64,000 bases of DNA from Squalus acanthias (taxonomy: Eukaryota). Below are positions 12,923-26,865 of this stretch, piece by piece (the first letter of the stretch is position 1; each line of letters starts with the position of its first letter). Made by a program: the position numbers and the translations under genes. The notes beneath the pieces are model-generated. The model was not told where the DNA came from. It did no database searches and worked only from the letters and a program-made list of their open reading frames with translations. The stretch covers positions 106,890,001 to 106,954,000 of the forward strand of contig CM059431.1 of the NCBI GenBank assembly GCA_030390025.1. Direction: 5' to 3'.

Positions 12923-14367
12923 TGTAATGGAATAAGTCATATTCCAAGAAATACATCATCCTATGAACAGATTTTGATATTATTAATACAAGACATACTG
13001 GGTTTAAAAGTCTGGAAAGCCTCGGAGACACAGGCTGCAAACACAATACAGGCTTTTGAGATAAGAACAGTTGATAACACAAAAGTTGTAAACACCACAA
13101 GCTTTGAAATGGGAAATGGTTATTGACACTGACACAATGGCCTATTGAAGCAAACCATTGGTGCTTCCAGAATGTCTACAGTTTGGAACAACACAATACC
13201 ATTACCCAGTTTAAAGTGTTAAAAACTAACACGTCAAACAGGTGCACAGAACATTAAAAAACCATGTGCCTTTGTAAAAGTAACATCAAATGAAACAGGA
13301 AACACGAATATATATATAACCAACTAAGATGGCTAGGAAAACAAACACCCTGGATGAAGTGTTTTTGATTTACAAATTGTAAAAGGTACAAACAGAACAC
13401 TTTGAAGATATAATATCAATAGATGACACCAAGCAATCACATTGTTTATGTGTTAAACTTGGAACACCACGGAGACAGGAGTCTGTGGTTGTAATCAGTT
13501 AGGTGGTTTTAGGATTGAATGGAAAAACTTCGATAAGAATAACATCAAATAAATACTACTGTCATATTGTTTTTTATGATGGTTTTTGAAACACCGAAAC
13601 ACAGAGACAGGATTCTAAAAGCAAACAGCTGAACTAACAGTAAGAATAGAAAGAAGTCAACAGAGTATCACTAGAGACAATTGGCTTACATCAGCAGAAA
13701 ACTTCAAAGAATATACCACTAAAAAAGAGTATAAAAATAAGAGCTTTTCAGATAGGGAGTCAGAAGTCGCTGGGAAGGGGCAGAGCGATTCTTGCCTTCA
13801 GAACCACTCTGTAGGCCTACAACTCTGAGTCTCAGGTAATCAAGGTATTTGATTTTGGTGGATATTCTGGATTAAGAAATAAGTAGAAGTGTGGAAATGT
13901 AATGAAGTTAAGATTTGAGAATAAGGATCTCTGAGAAGAAATGTAAGCTATTTGTATTTTGAACGGTTAAAGTTGCGATTGCCATAACAGCTGTTAACTA
14001 AATGTCAGTTCTTTAATAAATCTATATATTTTCAAAATTGTCTCACAGAGTAATTTCTGCATCAATCTCGCTAACTCAATTTCTGTACACTCCTTTGTGA
14101 GGAGCTGCAGAATTCTGGGGGGCTTTCCGGACCCTTATAATATCCGGAAGGTTACAGTCTAATTAAACTTGTTAAAAGTGCTATCCGGAGGACGGTAACA
14201 TCTTCAAGCCGTTCCTTTCCTTTAGGGAGAGATAGTCTGAACCTTTAGACCCAAATAAGCGTCTCTAGGATTCGGCTACTGCTAACTTTAGTTGAAGGTG
14301 AACGTCTGGGGAATACGCCTGATCTGGGGTAGCCCGAAAAGGGCTAGGACTTGTAATTATCCCTTCA
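12923..14367 (+). mobile_element. Solo LTR (second family), 1445 bp
   Basis: TG...CA with ATCC TSD (12919-12922 and 14368-14371); AATAAA near 14015; homologous to 34559-36191. Confidence 0.9.
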
Positions 14368-17117
14368 ATCCTTTTTGCATCCATTTCTGTTCATGAAGAA
14401 TGACCACATTGTGATGGCATTGACGATACAGCGAGCAGGCCAACATAATGATGAAAAATGAATGTGCTATGTCATAGCTCTCAACAGATGGAAAGGATGC
14501 TGAATTACAGGGAAATAAGTTACACGTACTGACATAAAAATATACAGCACACAAAAAAAATCAAAATCTCAGAATGTAAAAAAAAAGGAACAAAATACAT
14601 TACTGCCAATCAATGAGGTAAAAGAAATCAAGAGAAAATCACTGAAAGTTAGCGGGGGTGGGGGGGGGGGGTGGTGGAATCATGAGATTCTTGGGTTGCC
14701 AAGCAACAGGAGCCACATCCCCTTTCTCTTGAACAAGGCCCCCATTTGCTTTTTAATTTTTTTTTTAATAAGTGTGCCTTTCTAAAATACATATGTTTCA
14801 TAGCCAGACAGTTCATCTACCGCTCAGTCATAGTTGCCCCAAAATTGCTACGGTGTGAGTGTTGATCAGCAAAGTGCAGAGCAGAGAAGAACACGGACTC
14901 CGTAGGAGGTAAAGAGGGAAGAGAGAGAAAGAGAGATGGCGGATGATAGGGCGAGGAGGTGACTTCTAGCATAAACATCGATTTTTACTTCAGTAGCAAC
15001 GTTGCAATTGGCCTCAGCTTGAAAACAGATCAGACGGGTTTTTGCTATTCCATTACTCCTACCCGATATGTGTTGAGTCGGGGCAGGGTCGGACTCAAGA
15101 TAACATTCTGAGGCCATTTTATGTAATCGCTTAATTCTCCAGCAGAGGGCGATCAGTCCTGGAGGTAGTTCTATTTTTGTTAAACTGGGGTTGGAGGGTC
15201 ACTATGTTTGAGCATGGCTGCTGAATAAATTTAGCCAATTATGGGATCGTGTTGTAAAAGGAGCAATTAATCTCCAGTGTTATTCAAACCAATGTTCCAC
15301 ACACAGCATTCCTGATTTGCAATTAAAGATTTTTTTTAAAAATGAATCAATGTTACAATTAAATGCATTTCATCTTAAAATTTATTTCCTCATGGATTAT
15401 CCATTAATACTGGGAAAGCAACTTTTATAATCAGAAAAATAATAATCAGTATTTTGCTTCATTTAATTTGTTCATTTAATGAAAAATAATCTTTGAATAT
15501 TAAATAAGAAATTTCAGTCGCAATCGCTGAGTGGACCCTAACAGGTCTTCACAGGTCTAGACCCTCATGTGTCCTTAGGGACTTATTGTTAAACCAAAGG
15601 TTTTTTTAATATATAAAAATGTGAGGACAAATTCATCCCCTTAGCGCCTCCTGTTGGCACCAGCAGATGGCACTAACGGGGCGCTAGAGCAGTATCGTGG
15701 GGTGGAGCGAACCCAGAGCCACATTGCAAAATCCCGTAGTGTCGCCGTTATTGCCGGGAACATCAACGGCAGATGGATCGTGACATCAGTGAGTGTGCAA
15801 CGCTCACTGACCGCCCGTTCTGCTAAATTGATTGTCGCCTCCTACCTTAGTGCCTGGGGTAAACACCGACAGGGAGAGCTGGCGTGAAGCACCAGGAAGC
15901 CAGCTCCAGGGACATTATTTAAAGGGATCATCAGTAATGACTTGCAGCTGTCAGGTTAGTGCGGTTTCAATGGTTTCTTGTCAGTTTCACATACTCCAAC
16001 AGTTTAATTCAGTAATTTCAAGATTCTTTTGTATCATGTTCCTGGTGGCAGCATGGCCCTCACCTTAACCCAACTCTTGTGCCTTTATGCTTTCAGATAA
16101 TCAACAATCACATGAGCAGCCTGTTCCTGAGGGCACCATAGAGAGCGAGGCGGGAGAAGAGGAGGAGGAAGTACACACCATGTCACTGCATCTCTCACCT
16201 GCAGACACCAGCTCAGAAAATGGCACTACACATTCTTTAGAGGCTAGTATAGTAGCGGGATCTGCACAGGGTGAGGCACAGGGATGAGTGGGCTGCAGCC
16301 AGGCCAGGGGGAAAGGGTAGCTCAGGGACCAGCTCCCGGGAGGGTGATTTTGTGCATGAGTTCTGCTGCACAGGACTCAGATGAGGACCTCAATGGGGAG
16401 GCCTTTAGAAGAAGGGTGATGGGCATGCACACGGAGATGATAGGTGCAATGGCAAGGGTGCCCGAGAGCCTCTCGGTAATGGTAAGGAGCATGGACGAGT
16501 CCACCTCCAACATTGCACAAGGCTCTGCGCACACCATGGAGCCCATCATTTCAAGTCTGCAAAGGATGGTGGACTCCCAGAGAGACCGTGGCGACCCAGA
16601 CCTGATGCCGCGTGTGATGGGCAATCTGGCAGCTTCCATTGCAGCACAGGCAGAGGCGACGCAGCATCTTAGTGCTGTCGTGCAGTCTCAGCTTGATGCC
16701 ATGCAAGTTCTGACTGCTGCCATCAAGGTGTCGCAGTACGCCAGCAATCTGTGCTCCAACAGATTGGTAGTGATGCTGAGGTGCTGCCCCGGGGGAGTGG
16801 CAGTGGGTCAGTGGAGCAGGAAGCTGCTGTCCTCTCTCAGGATGACAGCATTCCTGCTCCCACCACAGCCACTCCGCCATTGCCCTTGTCGCTGCCTGTC
16901 ATCCAGCCAGCCCAGACTGCTGCCGTCCATGCTGAGATGGTCTACAGCCGGGCCTTCCAGGTCCAGAGCTAGTCGAGGGTGTCCTGCAAGGCCATCTGAC
17001 GTCTCCCACACAGACACTCAGCAGCCTTTCACCAGCCCTGCTGCAGCCACTGGGCCAACACTTTGTTGGAACACTAGAGTAAGCAAAGGTACAGTAACGA
17101 CAGGCACTAAGGGATTG

Positions 17118-17351
17118 AATTTAGAGGTCGCACAACACCAGGTTATAGTCCAACGGTTTTATTTGAAATCACAAGCTTTCGGAGCTATCGATCGCCCCTT
17201 CCTCAGGTGAAGTACTACTTCACCTGAGGAAGGGGCGATCGATAGCTCCGAAAGCTTGTGATTTCAAATAAAACTGTTGGACTATAACCTGGTGTTGTGC
17301 GACCTCTCAATTTTGTCCACCCCAGTCCAACACCGGCATCTCCGCATCATG
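17118..17351. mobile_element. Penelope-like insertion with inverted pLTR
   Basis: 12-bp TSD ACTAAGGGATTG (17106-17117 and 17352-17363); 97-bp inverted arms centred on 17215. Confidence 0.8.
17221..17260 (+). ncRNA. Minimal hammerhead ribozyme core (mirror copy on the minus strand at ~17170-17209)
   Basis: CAC-CTGAGGA-(GGGGC...GCTCC stem)-CGAAAGCTT-GTG matches the CUGANGA/GAAA core. Confidence 0.6.
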
Positions 17352-19299
17352 ACTAAGGGATTGCACAGGGGTGAATAGTTAATATTTTTGGTGTAAATAC
17401 GTGTTCACTAATTTTTGATAAATTTATTAATGCTGTTTGGATTCTTTTGTGGTGTGTCTCATTTCAGCTTTGCGCTGTGATATGGCCTGCAACGTGAATG
17501 AAATGACGGGGATGTGGTGAGCAACAGGGATCTGGGGTTTAATTCATTCGAACCGCAGTCTGATGAGGCAGTCACGGACCGCCCTTCTAGAAGGCCAATT
17601 GAGTGGCTGCCTCCTCCCTCGCTCCTGTTCCTCCTCCTCGTTGTCCTCCTTATCTTCCTCTTCCTCCCCCTCCTCCTCTTCCTCTTCCTCCTCCTGAGGT
17701 GGTCCTGCAATCCCTGGTGCCAAGGGCTGGGCCCTTATGATGGCCAAGTTGTGGAGCATGCAGCGTAAATGGTTCACCCGCTCAGCCGAATACTGGAGGG
17801 CTCCTCCCGCGTGGTCAAGGCAGCGGTACCGTTGCTTCAGCAGGCCGATAGTCTGCTCGATGATGTTCCTGTTGGCAGCATGGCTCTCTACGGTGCCCTC
17901 AGGGACAGGCTGCTCATGTGATTGCTGATTATCTGAAAGCATAAAGGCACAAGAGTTGTGTTAAGGTGAGGGGAGGGGGCAGAAAGGGAGAAATGCATGC
18001 ATACAGCATGATTAGCTGGAAAGTGCGAATGCTTGTGGGGTGAGGAGGAAGTGGGATGTGAGAAGAAGGAGTAGGGATGAACATACCATTTTATCCCCAA
18101 GGGGGTCAATGTTGCCGGTGGCCACAGCGCCCACCACCTGGCTAATAATCTGCAGCACTCGATTCTCCAGCTCAGACAGTGGTTGGGTGTTAGCTTGTCC
18201 CCCGCCTGTGCGCTCCTGCTCTCTCCTGTTGTGATCCACCTTGGCCTGCAAGAGAGAGGAAAGTGTAGGAGTGAGTGTGGAGCAATGTGTTTGGGTGATG
18301 TGCCTGCCATAGTTGAATAGCTGTCATTGTGTTCAAGGTGTGAGATGTGGGTGTGAGTGTTGGTAGGTAGAGATTATTGGTGGGTGAGTGCTGGGGGTGT
18401 GGTTCTTTGGGAACTATGTGAAGATTGTGGTTCAGATGGTGGTATGTAGCATTTGTTGAAGCATTGACTCACCCTGACTATCCGAGTGAGGTCATTAAAT
18501 TTCTTCCTGCACTGTGTGTGGGTCCTGGGGACCGCAGTGCTGCCCGAGACGTGCTGCACTATCACTTTCCACATGGTGTGGAAGACTTGTGGCGAGGGCC
18601 TCCTGCCACTTGCTGGTTAGAGCACCGCCCTCCATCTCTCCAGAGTGGAAACCAATGCCTTCAATGCTTCATCGCAGAATCTGCAGGTTCTCTCCCTGGG
18701 GCGTGAATCTGCCATGAGCACACCTTGTTCAGTCCTCTGGCTCCTTCTCCTTGTCCTGCTTCTTCTTGCTGAGGCAGCTGCTGCAGCATCAATGAACCTC
18801 CCCTTTCAGTACTTAAAAAAGGCTATGGCAATCATGACTCGCGATTAGACTGCAACTGATATTGGTCCAACCTTTGCGTGTAATGCCAATGAGCTTGGGC
18901 TTGAAGACTTGAATTAAGACTCCAATCACTTTTTTGAGCAGTGAGCACGAAATTTGCGTGTAGTCTAAAACTTTAGCACCTGGTGCTAATTCTCCAACTT
19001 TTCTACTGACACCGGCCATTCCTTGGCTATAATGAATTTCTAGCCCGATGTTTTTAATAAAGACTTAATTTTAAAAAAAAGTTAAATTCACTTGATTTCT
19101 TCATACCTTTTTTTTCAGAAGACCTTCCCATGGCAAAGACAGGAGTTGAACCCTGGATTAGGGTTCCAGTCTCTATTTACCATTAGGACATCTTCTTAAA
19201 TAAACTTTTTTAAAAGAAACATGAAGACCCTGCAACTAACTTGTCAGATATTAGCGTATAAATTGGCTGACGACCATGCTAAAGTAAAAGAGAGAGGGA

Positions 19300-19897
19300 T
19301 CTATTTCTGCTGGTTGGGGATTCTAGGCCAAGGGCCATAGTCTAAAAATTAGAGCCAGCCCTTTCAGGAGTGAAATTAGGAAATACTTCTACACACAACA
19401 GGTGGTAGAAGTTTGGAACTCTCTTCCACAAACGGCAGTTGCTGCTGGGTCAATTGTTAATTTGAAATCAGAGATTGATAGCTTTTTGTTAACCAAAGGT
19501 ATTAAGGGATATGGGGCAAAGGCAGGTATATAAGAACATAAGAACATAAGAAATAGGAGCAGGAGTAGGCCATTCAGCCCCTCGAGCCTGCCCCGCCATT
19601 CAATAAGATCATGGCTGATCTGATCTTGGCCTCAACGTCACTTTCCCGCCCGCTCCCCATAACCCTTGACTCCCCTGTAGCTCAAATATCTGTCTATCTC
19701 CGCCTTGAATATATTCAATGATTCCGCCTCCACAGCTCTCTGGGGTAGAGAATTCCAAAGATTCACGACCCTCTGGGAGAAGAAATTCCTCCTCATCTCC
19801 ATTTTGAATGGGGCTAGGTCACAGATCAGCCATAATCTCACTGAATGGTGGAACAGGCTCGAGGGGCTAAATGGCCTACTCCTGTTCCTATGTTCCT
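19300..19897. mobile_element. Nested CR1 3' ends (plus-strand copy interrupted by a minus-strand copy at ~19532-19810)
   Basis: CR1 C-terminal motifs and 3' UTRs in both orientations. Confidence 0.8.
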
Positions 19898-20444
19898 ATC
19901 TCAGACATTCATCTTAAGCAGTTGTATGCTAATATCCCATTTCGAATCTTAAAAGAATATTGCTCCACCCAACTTTTATTTTTTCGAAACTCGAATCTGC
20001 TTTGTTTTGCTTGTTTCTCAGAGCAGAAAGCCGGACTGCAACAGCTTTGAAAGCAAAAAAAACCGAGGAAATTAATCAATAAAAAAATTTCACCTGAAGA
20101 TAAGATTGCATGAAAAAAAATTAGAAATCAATCTGTCTATAAAGAGAATGAAAGGACATCCAGTATCTCCATGGGTGCCACAGCGGGCAAACTGAGCATG
20201 TGCAGAACATTCATGTTTCAGCTCTTAAAGAAAACACTGAAAGATCTTGAATAGCTAATAAAGCGAGGCCACCATTACAAGTCAGTGGTTCTGAAAATAC
20301 CTTCCGGAGTGCAACATTTAAGTCTTCCCTAAGCTGAATTTTAGTGCTAAAAGTGCAGAATGTATTTCTAAATGGTTACATCGGCACAACCACTGCATGG
20401 GATGAGGAGGATGTGGGTTGTCCCTGTGACTTATTTTGGCATAG

Positions 20445-21175
20445 AGAGATTTAGGTGTCCTCGTACAGGAAACACAGAGAGTTGGCATGCAGGTACAGCA
20501 AGCAATTAGGAAGACAAATGGCATGTTGGAGCTTTATTGCAAGGGGGTTGGAGTACAAGAGTAAGGAAGTCTTACTACAATTGTACGGGGCTTTGGTGAG
20601 ACCACACCTGGAGTACTGTGCACAGTTTTGGTCTCCTTATCTGAGAAAGGACATACATGCCTTAGAGGCGGTGCAACAAAGGTTCACTAGATTGATTCCT
20701 GGGATGAGAGGGTTGCCCTGTGAGGAGAGATTGAGTAGATTGGGCCTATACTCTCTGGAGTTTAGAAGAATGAGAGATTATCTCATTGAAACATATAAGA
20801 ATCTGAGGGGGATTGACATGGTAGATGCTGAGAGGTTGTTTCCCCTGGCTGGAGAGTCTAGAACTAGGGGGCATAGTCTCAGGATAAGAGGTCGACCATT
20901 TAAGACTGAGATGAGGAGGAACTTCTTCACTCAGAGGGTTGTGAATCTTTGGAATTCTCTACCCCAGAGGGCTGTGGATGCTGAGTCATTGAGTGTATTC
21001 AAGGCTAAGATAGATAGATTTTTGGACTCTAGTGGAATCAAGAGCTATGGGGATCGGGCGGGAAAGTGGAGTTGAAGTCGAAGATCAGCCATGATCTTAT
21101 TGAATGGCGGAGCAGGCTCGAGGGCCGTATGGCCTACTCCTGCTCCTAATTCTTATGTCCTTATGTTCTTATAGA
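20445..21175 (+). mobile_element. CR1 LINE 3' fragment
   Basis: LVRPHLEYCAQFWSPYLRKD...WNSLP; TTCTTATG-type tail. Confidence 0.92.
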
Positions 21176-22040
21176 TTATGTCCCCACATCTATTTCCGGC
21201 ACAAACACAATGGGCCGAATGGCCTCCTTCTAAGAACATAAGAATTCTGTGCTGTAAATTTCTAGTATTCTAGGATTCTAGGACTCTGTGATCTCTCTGC
21301 TGCAATTCTCAGTGTTGCCTCGCATAGCCACCAGATGCTTCATATGTGGTTGTGAATGGCTCTGACTTGTAACCTATCCTCCTTACGGTATGTGAGACTC
21401 CCGTGTCTGCTCGACTCAGCTGGTAATACTCTCATTGTGAGTCACAAAGTTGTGGCTTCAAGCCTACTCCAGGGCCTGAGTGCATAAACTAGGCTCACGT
21501 TCCACCGAGGCTGTACTGAACTGCTGAGCTTTGAGACGTTTCTGAGAGATGTGATCTGGCACTGTTACAAATGTAAGTCTTTCGCTATACTATTGTGTAC
21601 AATAGAGCATGCTTAATGATTTCTGCCATTTTTAGTCGTGCACGCAGATACATCACAAGGCTCCCCATACTCTCCGCTAGATTACTGTACATCAGTCATG
21701 TGCTTTGTCAGTGCCACAAGGAATTAGATTCTCTCAACAACTGCAACTGTTTTTTAATATTAGTTTGCCAATGCTCCTGCAGTGAGAAAGGTACAGAAGG
21801 TTGTAAAACATCAACGGAGGTTTTTATGATATTTTTTCAGTATAAAATAGGAGAGTACTTTAAATGAAAACCAGTCCCCTTAAACTTTCCTTTCGCTTTA
21901 ACTGGCAATAGAACCAGAGGGGAGATGAGGAGAATATTTTTTTACTCAGCTAACTGTTGTGATCTGAAATGCGCTGCCTGAAAGGGTGGTGGAAGCAGAT
22001 TCAATAGTAATTTTCAAAAGGGAATTGGATAAATACTTAA

Positions 22041-22715
22041 GGGCTGGATTTTATCAATGGGGGCGCGTTGGGGGCGGGACTGCTGCTTGTCGGGTTTCAG
22101 TCCCGCCCCCAACGACGTCCGGCCAACCCACGCTATTTTCCCTTGATTGACCTTGTTAAGCCCGCCCCACCAAACCTCGTTCCTGAGCAGAAATCAGATG
22201 GCTGTTGCATCGGAGAATGCAGCAGCCATTCTGTCATCTCTGCCGTGGAGATGAGGAGCCTCCGGATCCCCAACGATTGAAGCCTGCAGGAAGAAACAAA
22301 GGTACGGAAACTTTTTCTAACACTTTTCACTCACCTCCCATACTTACCTCTCCACACTTGCACCCATCACTCACCTCCACAGTGCACTTTTTGACCCCTT
22401 TCACTCCCGCAGACCCACTGCTCGCCTCGCTGACCCTGGCGGGGTTTCCTGACGTCGGGAAGCCCGCACTTGTGTTGGTAAAATGAGGGATAATCCTCTT
22501 AACTGCCTGTTAACTACCTGTTAACAGGCAGTTAAGTGGCTGTAATCCCCTTCCCGCCTCGAGGAGTCGGGTCCCTGCGCGAGTCGGGGACCCGCCTCCC
22601 GGGAAGATGGCACGGAGGCGGGTTGGGAGCGGGCTCGGTACCCGCTCCCAGTTTCTGCCATTTTCCCGGCAGTCCTGCCTCCATATCCACCTCCACAGGG
22701 CTGGCAAAATTCCCC
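22041..22715 (+). mobile_element. Harbinger-derived MITE, copy 1 (inside a CR1 3' end at ~21900-22840)
   Basis: Starts GGGCTGGATTTT; homologous to 36414-37125 and 47776-48620. Confidence 0.75.
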
Positions 22716-23539
22716 ACTTGGAGGGGAAACATTTTGAGGTCTATTGGGGAAAGAGCAAGGGAGTGGGACTGATTCTTTCACAGAGCCGGCACAGGCATGA
22801 TGGGCTGAATGGCCTCCTTCTGTGCTGTATGATTCTATGATAAATGCACGCACAAAAAGGGGGTCCGTGTGGAGAACTGCATTCCATCCCCTCACTATTC
22901 ATTATTCTGTAGCCAGTTTAGTGTCAGAGTGAGCTGACCACACAGGTAAGATGGTCATGGAGAGATCAACATTTGAGTGTGTGACATTAGAATGCAACAA
23001 TACAATCTCTGATTAAGGAGGACACTAAAAGAACATTGTTTTGAAATGGTACTGTATGCTAAAACTTATATTTTGCAAAACGAATTTGTGATTTCTCTTG
23101 TTTTGCTTATCCTCTAGATACTAGGATTTTTGCAACAAATAGGGAGCATTAAATTGAAGTCACGTTTTTGAAAAGCTAAGATCTTGCCCAAATGTCTTGA
23201 AAATTAAAGCTGTCAAAAATAGACACAATTAAAATTTGTAAAATTAATGGGCTGCAAAATGGAAGAGGTTTGCTGCAGTCACAGCGTGCATTGTAGACGA
23301 ACAGGTCAACAAAAGCCAACATTCAACTGATCATGATAAATGATGACAGATGCTGAGTGAGAGAGCGAGATAGAAAGAGAGAGAGAGTAAATGTATGGTG
23401 CATTTGTACGGAGAAAGAAAACGTTATATGTTTTAGTTTATGATTGAAGCAATACTGTATACAAATTGTAGTTACTTCATTTTAAAGTGATATCTTCCAA
23501 GATGTTTGGAATTTCTGTTGCCACCTTCTAAAAACATTA

Positions 23540-24390
23540 TGAAGCTGCAGACGGCAGGAAGGTATCAATGGACTGGTCAGGTGGGCAGAAAAGTGGCAAA
23601 TGGAATTCAATCCGAAGAAGTGTGAGGTAATGTATTTGGGGAGGGCTAACAAGGCAAGGGAATACATAATAAACGGTAGGATACTGAGATGGGTAGAGGA
23701 ACAGAGGGACCTTGGAGTAGATGTCCTCAGATCCCAGAAGGTAGCAGGTAGACAATGTGGTTAGGAAGACATATGGGATACTTTCCTTTATTAGCTGAGG
23801 CATAGAATATAAGAGCAGGGAGGTTATGCTAGAACTGTATAAAACATTAGTTAGGCCACAGCTAGAGTACTGCGTACAGTTCTGGTCTCCATATTACAGG
23901 AAAAATGTGATTGCACTAGAGAGAAGATTTATGAGGATGTTGCCAGGACTGGAGAATTTTAGCTATGAGGAAAAATTGGATAGGTTGGGATTGTTTTCTT
24001 TGGAGCAGGAGGCTGAGGGGAGAATTAATTGAGGTGTAAAACATTATGAGGGGCCTCGATAGAGTGGATAGGAAGGAACAATTTCCCTCAGTAGAGAGAT
24101 CAATAACCAAGGGGCATAGATTTAAAGTAATTGGTAGAAGGATTAGAGGGGAGTTGAGGAGAAATTTTATCACCAAGAGGGTGGTGGGGGTTTGGAACTC
24201 ACTGCCTGAAAGGGTGGTAGAGGCAGAAACCCTCATTGTACTTGGACATGCACTTGAAGTGCCGTATGTGCAAGGCCAGGGACCAAGAGCTGGAAAATGT
24301 GATTAGGCTGACTGGCTCTTTTTCGTCCGGCACAGACACGATGGGCCGAATGGTCTCCTTCTGTGTCATAAGCCTCCATGATTCTATGAT
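23540..24390 (+). mobile_element. CR1 LINE 3' fragment
   Basis: LVRPQLEYCVQFWSP and RVVGVWNSLP; (ATTCTATG)n tail. Confidence 0.9.
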
Positions 24391-25199
24391 TCTAGGACCT
24401 ATAGAGATATTAGGGTTGAATACCCTGAAGAGGTGCTGTAGGGTTCTTTAGAAACCACAGAGTGATTTATATTTCAGCAAGATCCCGTGGCAGGAAAGTC
24501 AGCCTAATGCAGGCTGAGCTTTGGCCAAATGAAAGAGAGAGAGAGAGTTCACTGCAGCTGGACAAAGAGGAAGACTTAGCATTAGCGGAACTTATGGCAG
24601 CTACTATCAAACCAATGGCAGTATTTGGAGCTGATACCTGACCCAAGGAGAGAAGGAAATGGTACCCATGAGGATTCTCAATGCAGGGTTTCAGGCAATC
24701 GTATTGTAGCTGAGGGGAGCTGTTTATGATCACTTAAGTACTGAATGTTCCATATGTGGACTTGGATGAGCATTCTACACGTTGAGCAGATATCTTCAGT
24801 CTCCGAAAGGTGCACAGCAAACCCTCCCTACCCCTGGATGCAACGCTTCAGGTGGACATGCTCGAAGACAGACGAGTAGATGACCATTATTCACATTAAC
24901 AATAATAAATGACGTTGTCATTCCCATTTTCATCGAATTTAATATTTTATTTTTCCACTAGTGAGACTTTGAGCTGGTTGAAGAATTGCCGGGCATGTTA
25001 ATGCATTTGTGAAAGTTGGGCAGATGAAAATCTTGCTACATCTACAACCTAGGATCTCAATCCCCAAGTCTTTGCACTGGAAACTAATAATTATATATTT
25101 TTTTGGTTCACTCTGTAAGAAATGTCGCCACACCATAAATCTTGAGACCGTAAGCCTCCGGTGAGGCATCAAAGAGACATTTATTGTTATTTATATTTG

Positions 25200-26200
25200 A
25201 GGAATTATTCTTAGAAAACGCAGCGTCAGTTTCCACATGTACGCTGCCGACACCCAGCTCTACCTCACCACCACTTGTCTCGACTCCTCCACGGTCTCTA
25301 AATTGTCAGTCTGCTTGTCCGACATCCAGTTCTGGATGAGCAGAAATTTTCTCCAATTAAATATTGGGAAGACCGAAGCCATTGTTTTCGGTCCCCGCCA
25401 CAAACTCCGTTCCCTAGCCACTGACTCCATCCCTCTCCCTAACATCTGTCTGAGGCTGAACCACACTGTTCGCAACCTTGGTGTCATATTTGACCCTGAA
25501 ATGAGCTTCTGACCACATATCCGCAGCATAACTAAGACCGCCTACTTCCACCTCCGTAACATCGCCTTTGCCTCAGCTCATCCGCTGCTGAAACCCTCAT
25601 CCATGCCTTTGTTACCTCTAGACTTGACTATTCCAATGCACACCTGGCTGGCCTCCCACATTCTACCCTACATAAACTTGGGATGATTCAAAACCCAGCT
25701 GCCCGTGTCCTAACTCGCACCAAGTCCCGTTCGCCCATCACCCCTGTGCTCGCTGACCTACATTGGCTCCCGGTTAAGCAACGCCTTGATTTCAAAATTC
25801 TCATCCTTGTTTTCAAATCCCTCCATGGTTTGCCCCTCCCTATCTCTGTAATCTCCTTCAGCCCCTCAACCCCCCGAGGTATCTGCACTCCTCTAATTCT
25901 GCCCTCCTGAGAATCTCTGATTATAATCACTCAACCATTGTTGGCCGAGCCTTCTGTTGCCTCGGCCCTAAGCTCTGGAATTCTCTCCCTGAACCCCTCT
26001 GTCTCGCTACCTCTCTTTCCTCCTTTAAGATGCTCCTTAAAACCTACTTCTTTGATCAAGCTCTTGGTCACCTGCCCTAATTTCTCCTTATGTGGCTTGG
26101 TGTCAAATTTTTTGTCTTTTAATTCTCCTCTGAAGCACCTTGGGATGTTTTACTACGTTAAAGGCGCTATATAAATACAAGTTGTTGTTGTTGTTGTTGT
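25200..26200 (+). mobile_element. L2-type LINE 3' fragment
   Basis: MYAADTQLYL...LQLNIGKTE; ITPVLADLHWLPVKQR; (TTG)n tail. Confidence 0.9.
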
Positions 26201-26527
26201 TAGATGTATTTTCTCCTCATTGTGCTGCTGAATGGGTGAAATAACCTGAGGCTGTAGAATTTTTCAGAATCACTCTCAGTCATGCTTTGCAATTAGCCAG
26301 TAGGAGGCACCTTCAAATGCAGCAATTTGGATAATGCCAGTTTTCTCTCCTGTTGACCCAAGACTGTCAGAAGCACGTGTGTAAAATAAAGAAATCAACG
26401 CCAGAGGTAACAAGACTTCAGTGATTTCTGATTTTCTTGCTTCTCAATAATCTGCTTTCGTTGCTACTAGATTGCGTTAAGCATTCCACTTCTACTGGGC
26501 TAACAAAATGATCAGGATCTGCCTTGC

Positions 26528-26865
26528 ATAGAATCATAGAATAGTACAGCTCAGAAGGAGGCCATTCGGCCCATCATGCCTGTGCCAGCTCATTAAAAGA
26601 GCTGTCTATTAATCCTCCCACTACCCTGCCCTTTCCCCATAGCCCTGCAAATTTTTCCCCTTCATGTATTTATCCGTTTCCCTTTTGGAAATTATTATTG
26701 AATCTGCTTCCACCGCCCTTTCAGGCAGCGCATTCCAGATCATCATAACTCGCTGCGCAAAACAATTTCTCCTCATCTCGCAGCTGGTTCTTTTGCCAAT
26801 TACCTTAAATCTGTGTCCTCTGGTTACCGACCCTCCTGCCACTGGAAACAGTTTCTCCTTATTTA
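26528..26865 (-). mobile_element. CR1 3' fragment
   Basis: TRGHRFKV...WNALP and tail. Confidence 0.85.

Larger units (their letters stand above)
15620..19046. mobile_element. Rearranged PIF/Harbinger transposon (transposase and Myb/SANT gene remnants)
   Basis: HARBI1-like C-terminus (IEQTIGLLKQRYRCLD...MLHN) at 17544-17880 on the minus strand. Myb/SANT exons (RTHTQCRKKFNDL; NRREQERTGGG) at 18085-18716 on the minus strand. Right end AATTTCTAGCCC; left end approximate. Confidence 0.8.

Noticed and set aside
16284..17210. 308-aa host gene
   Set aside because: It is the low-complexity tail of the Harbinger Myb gene running into the Penelope insertion.
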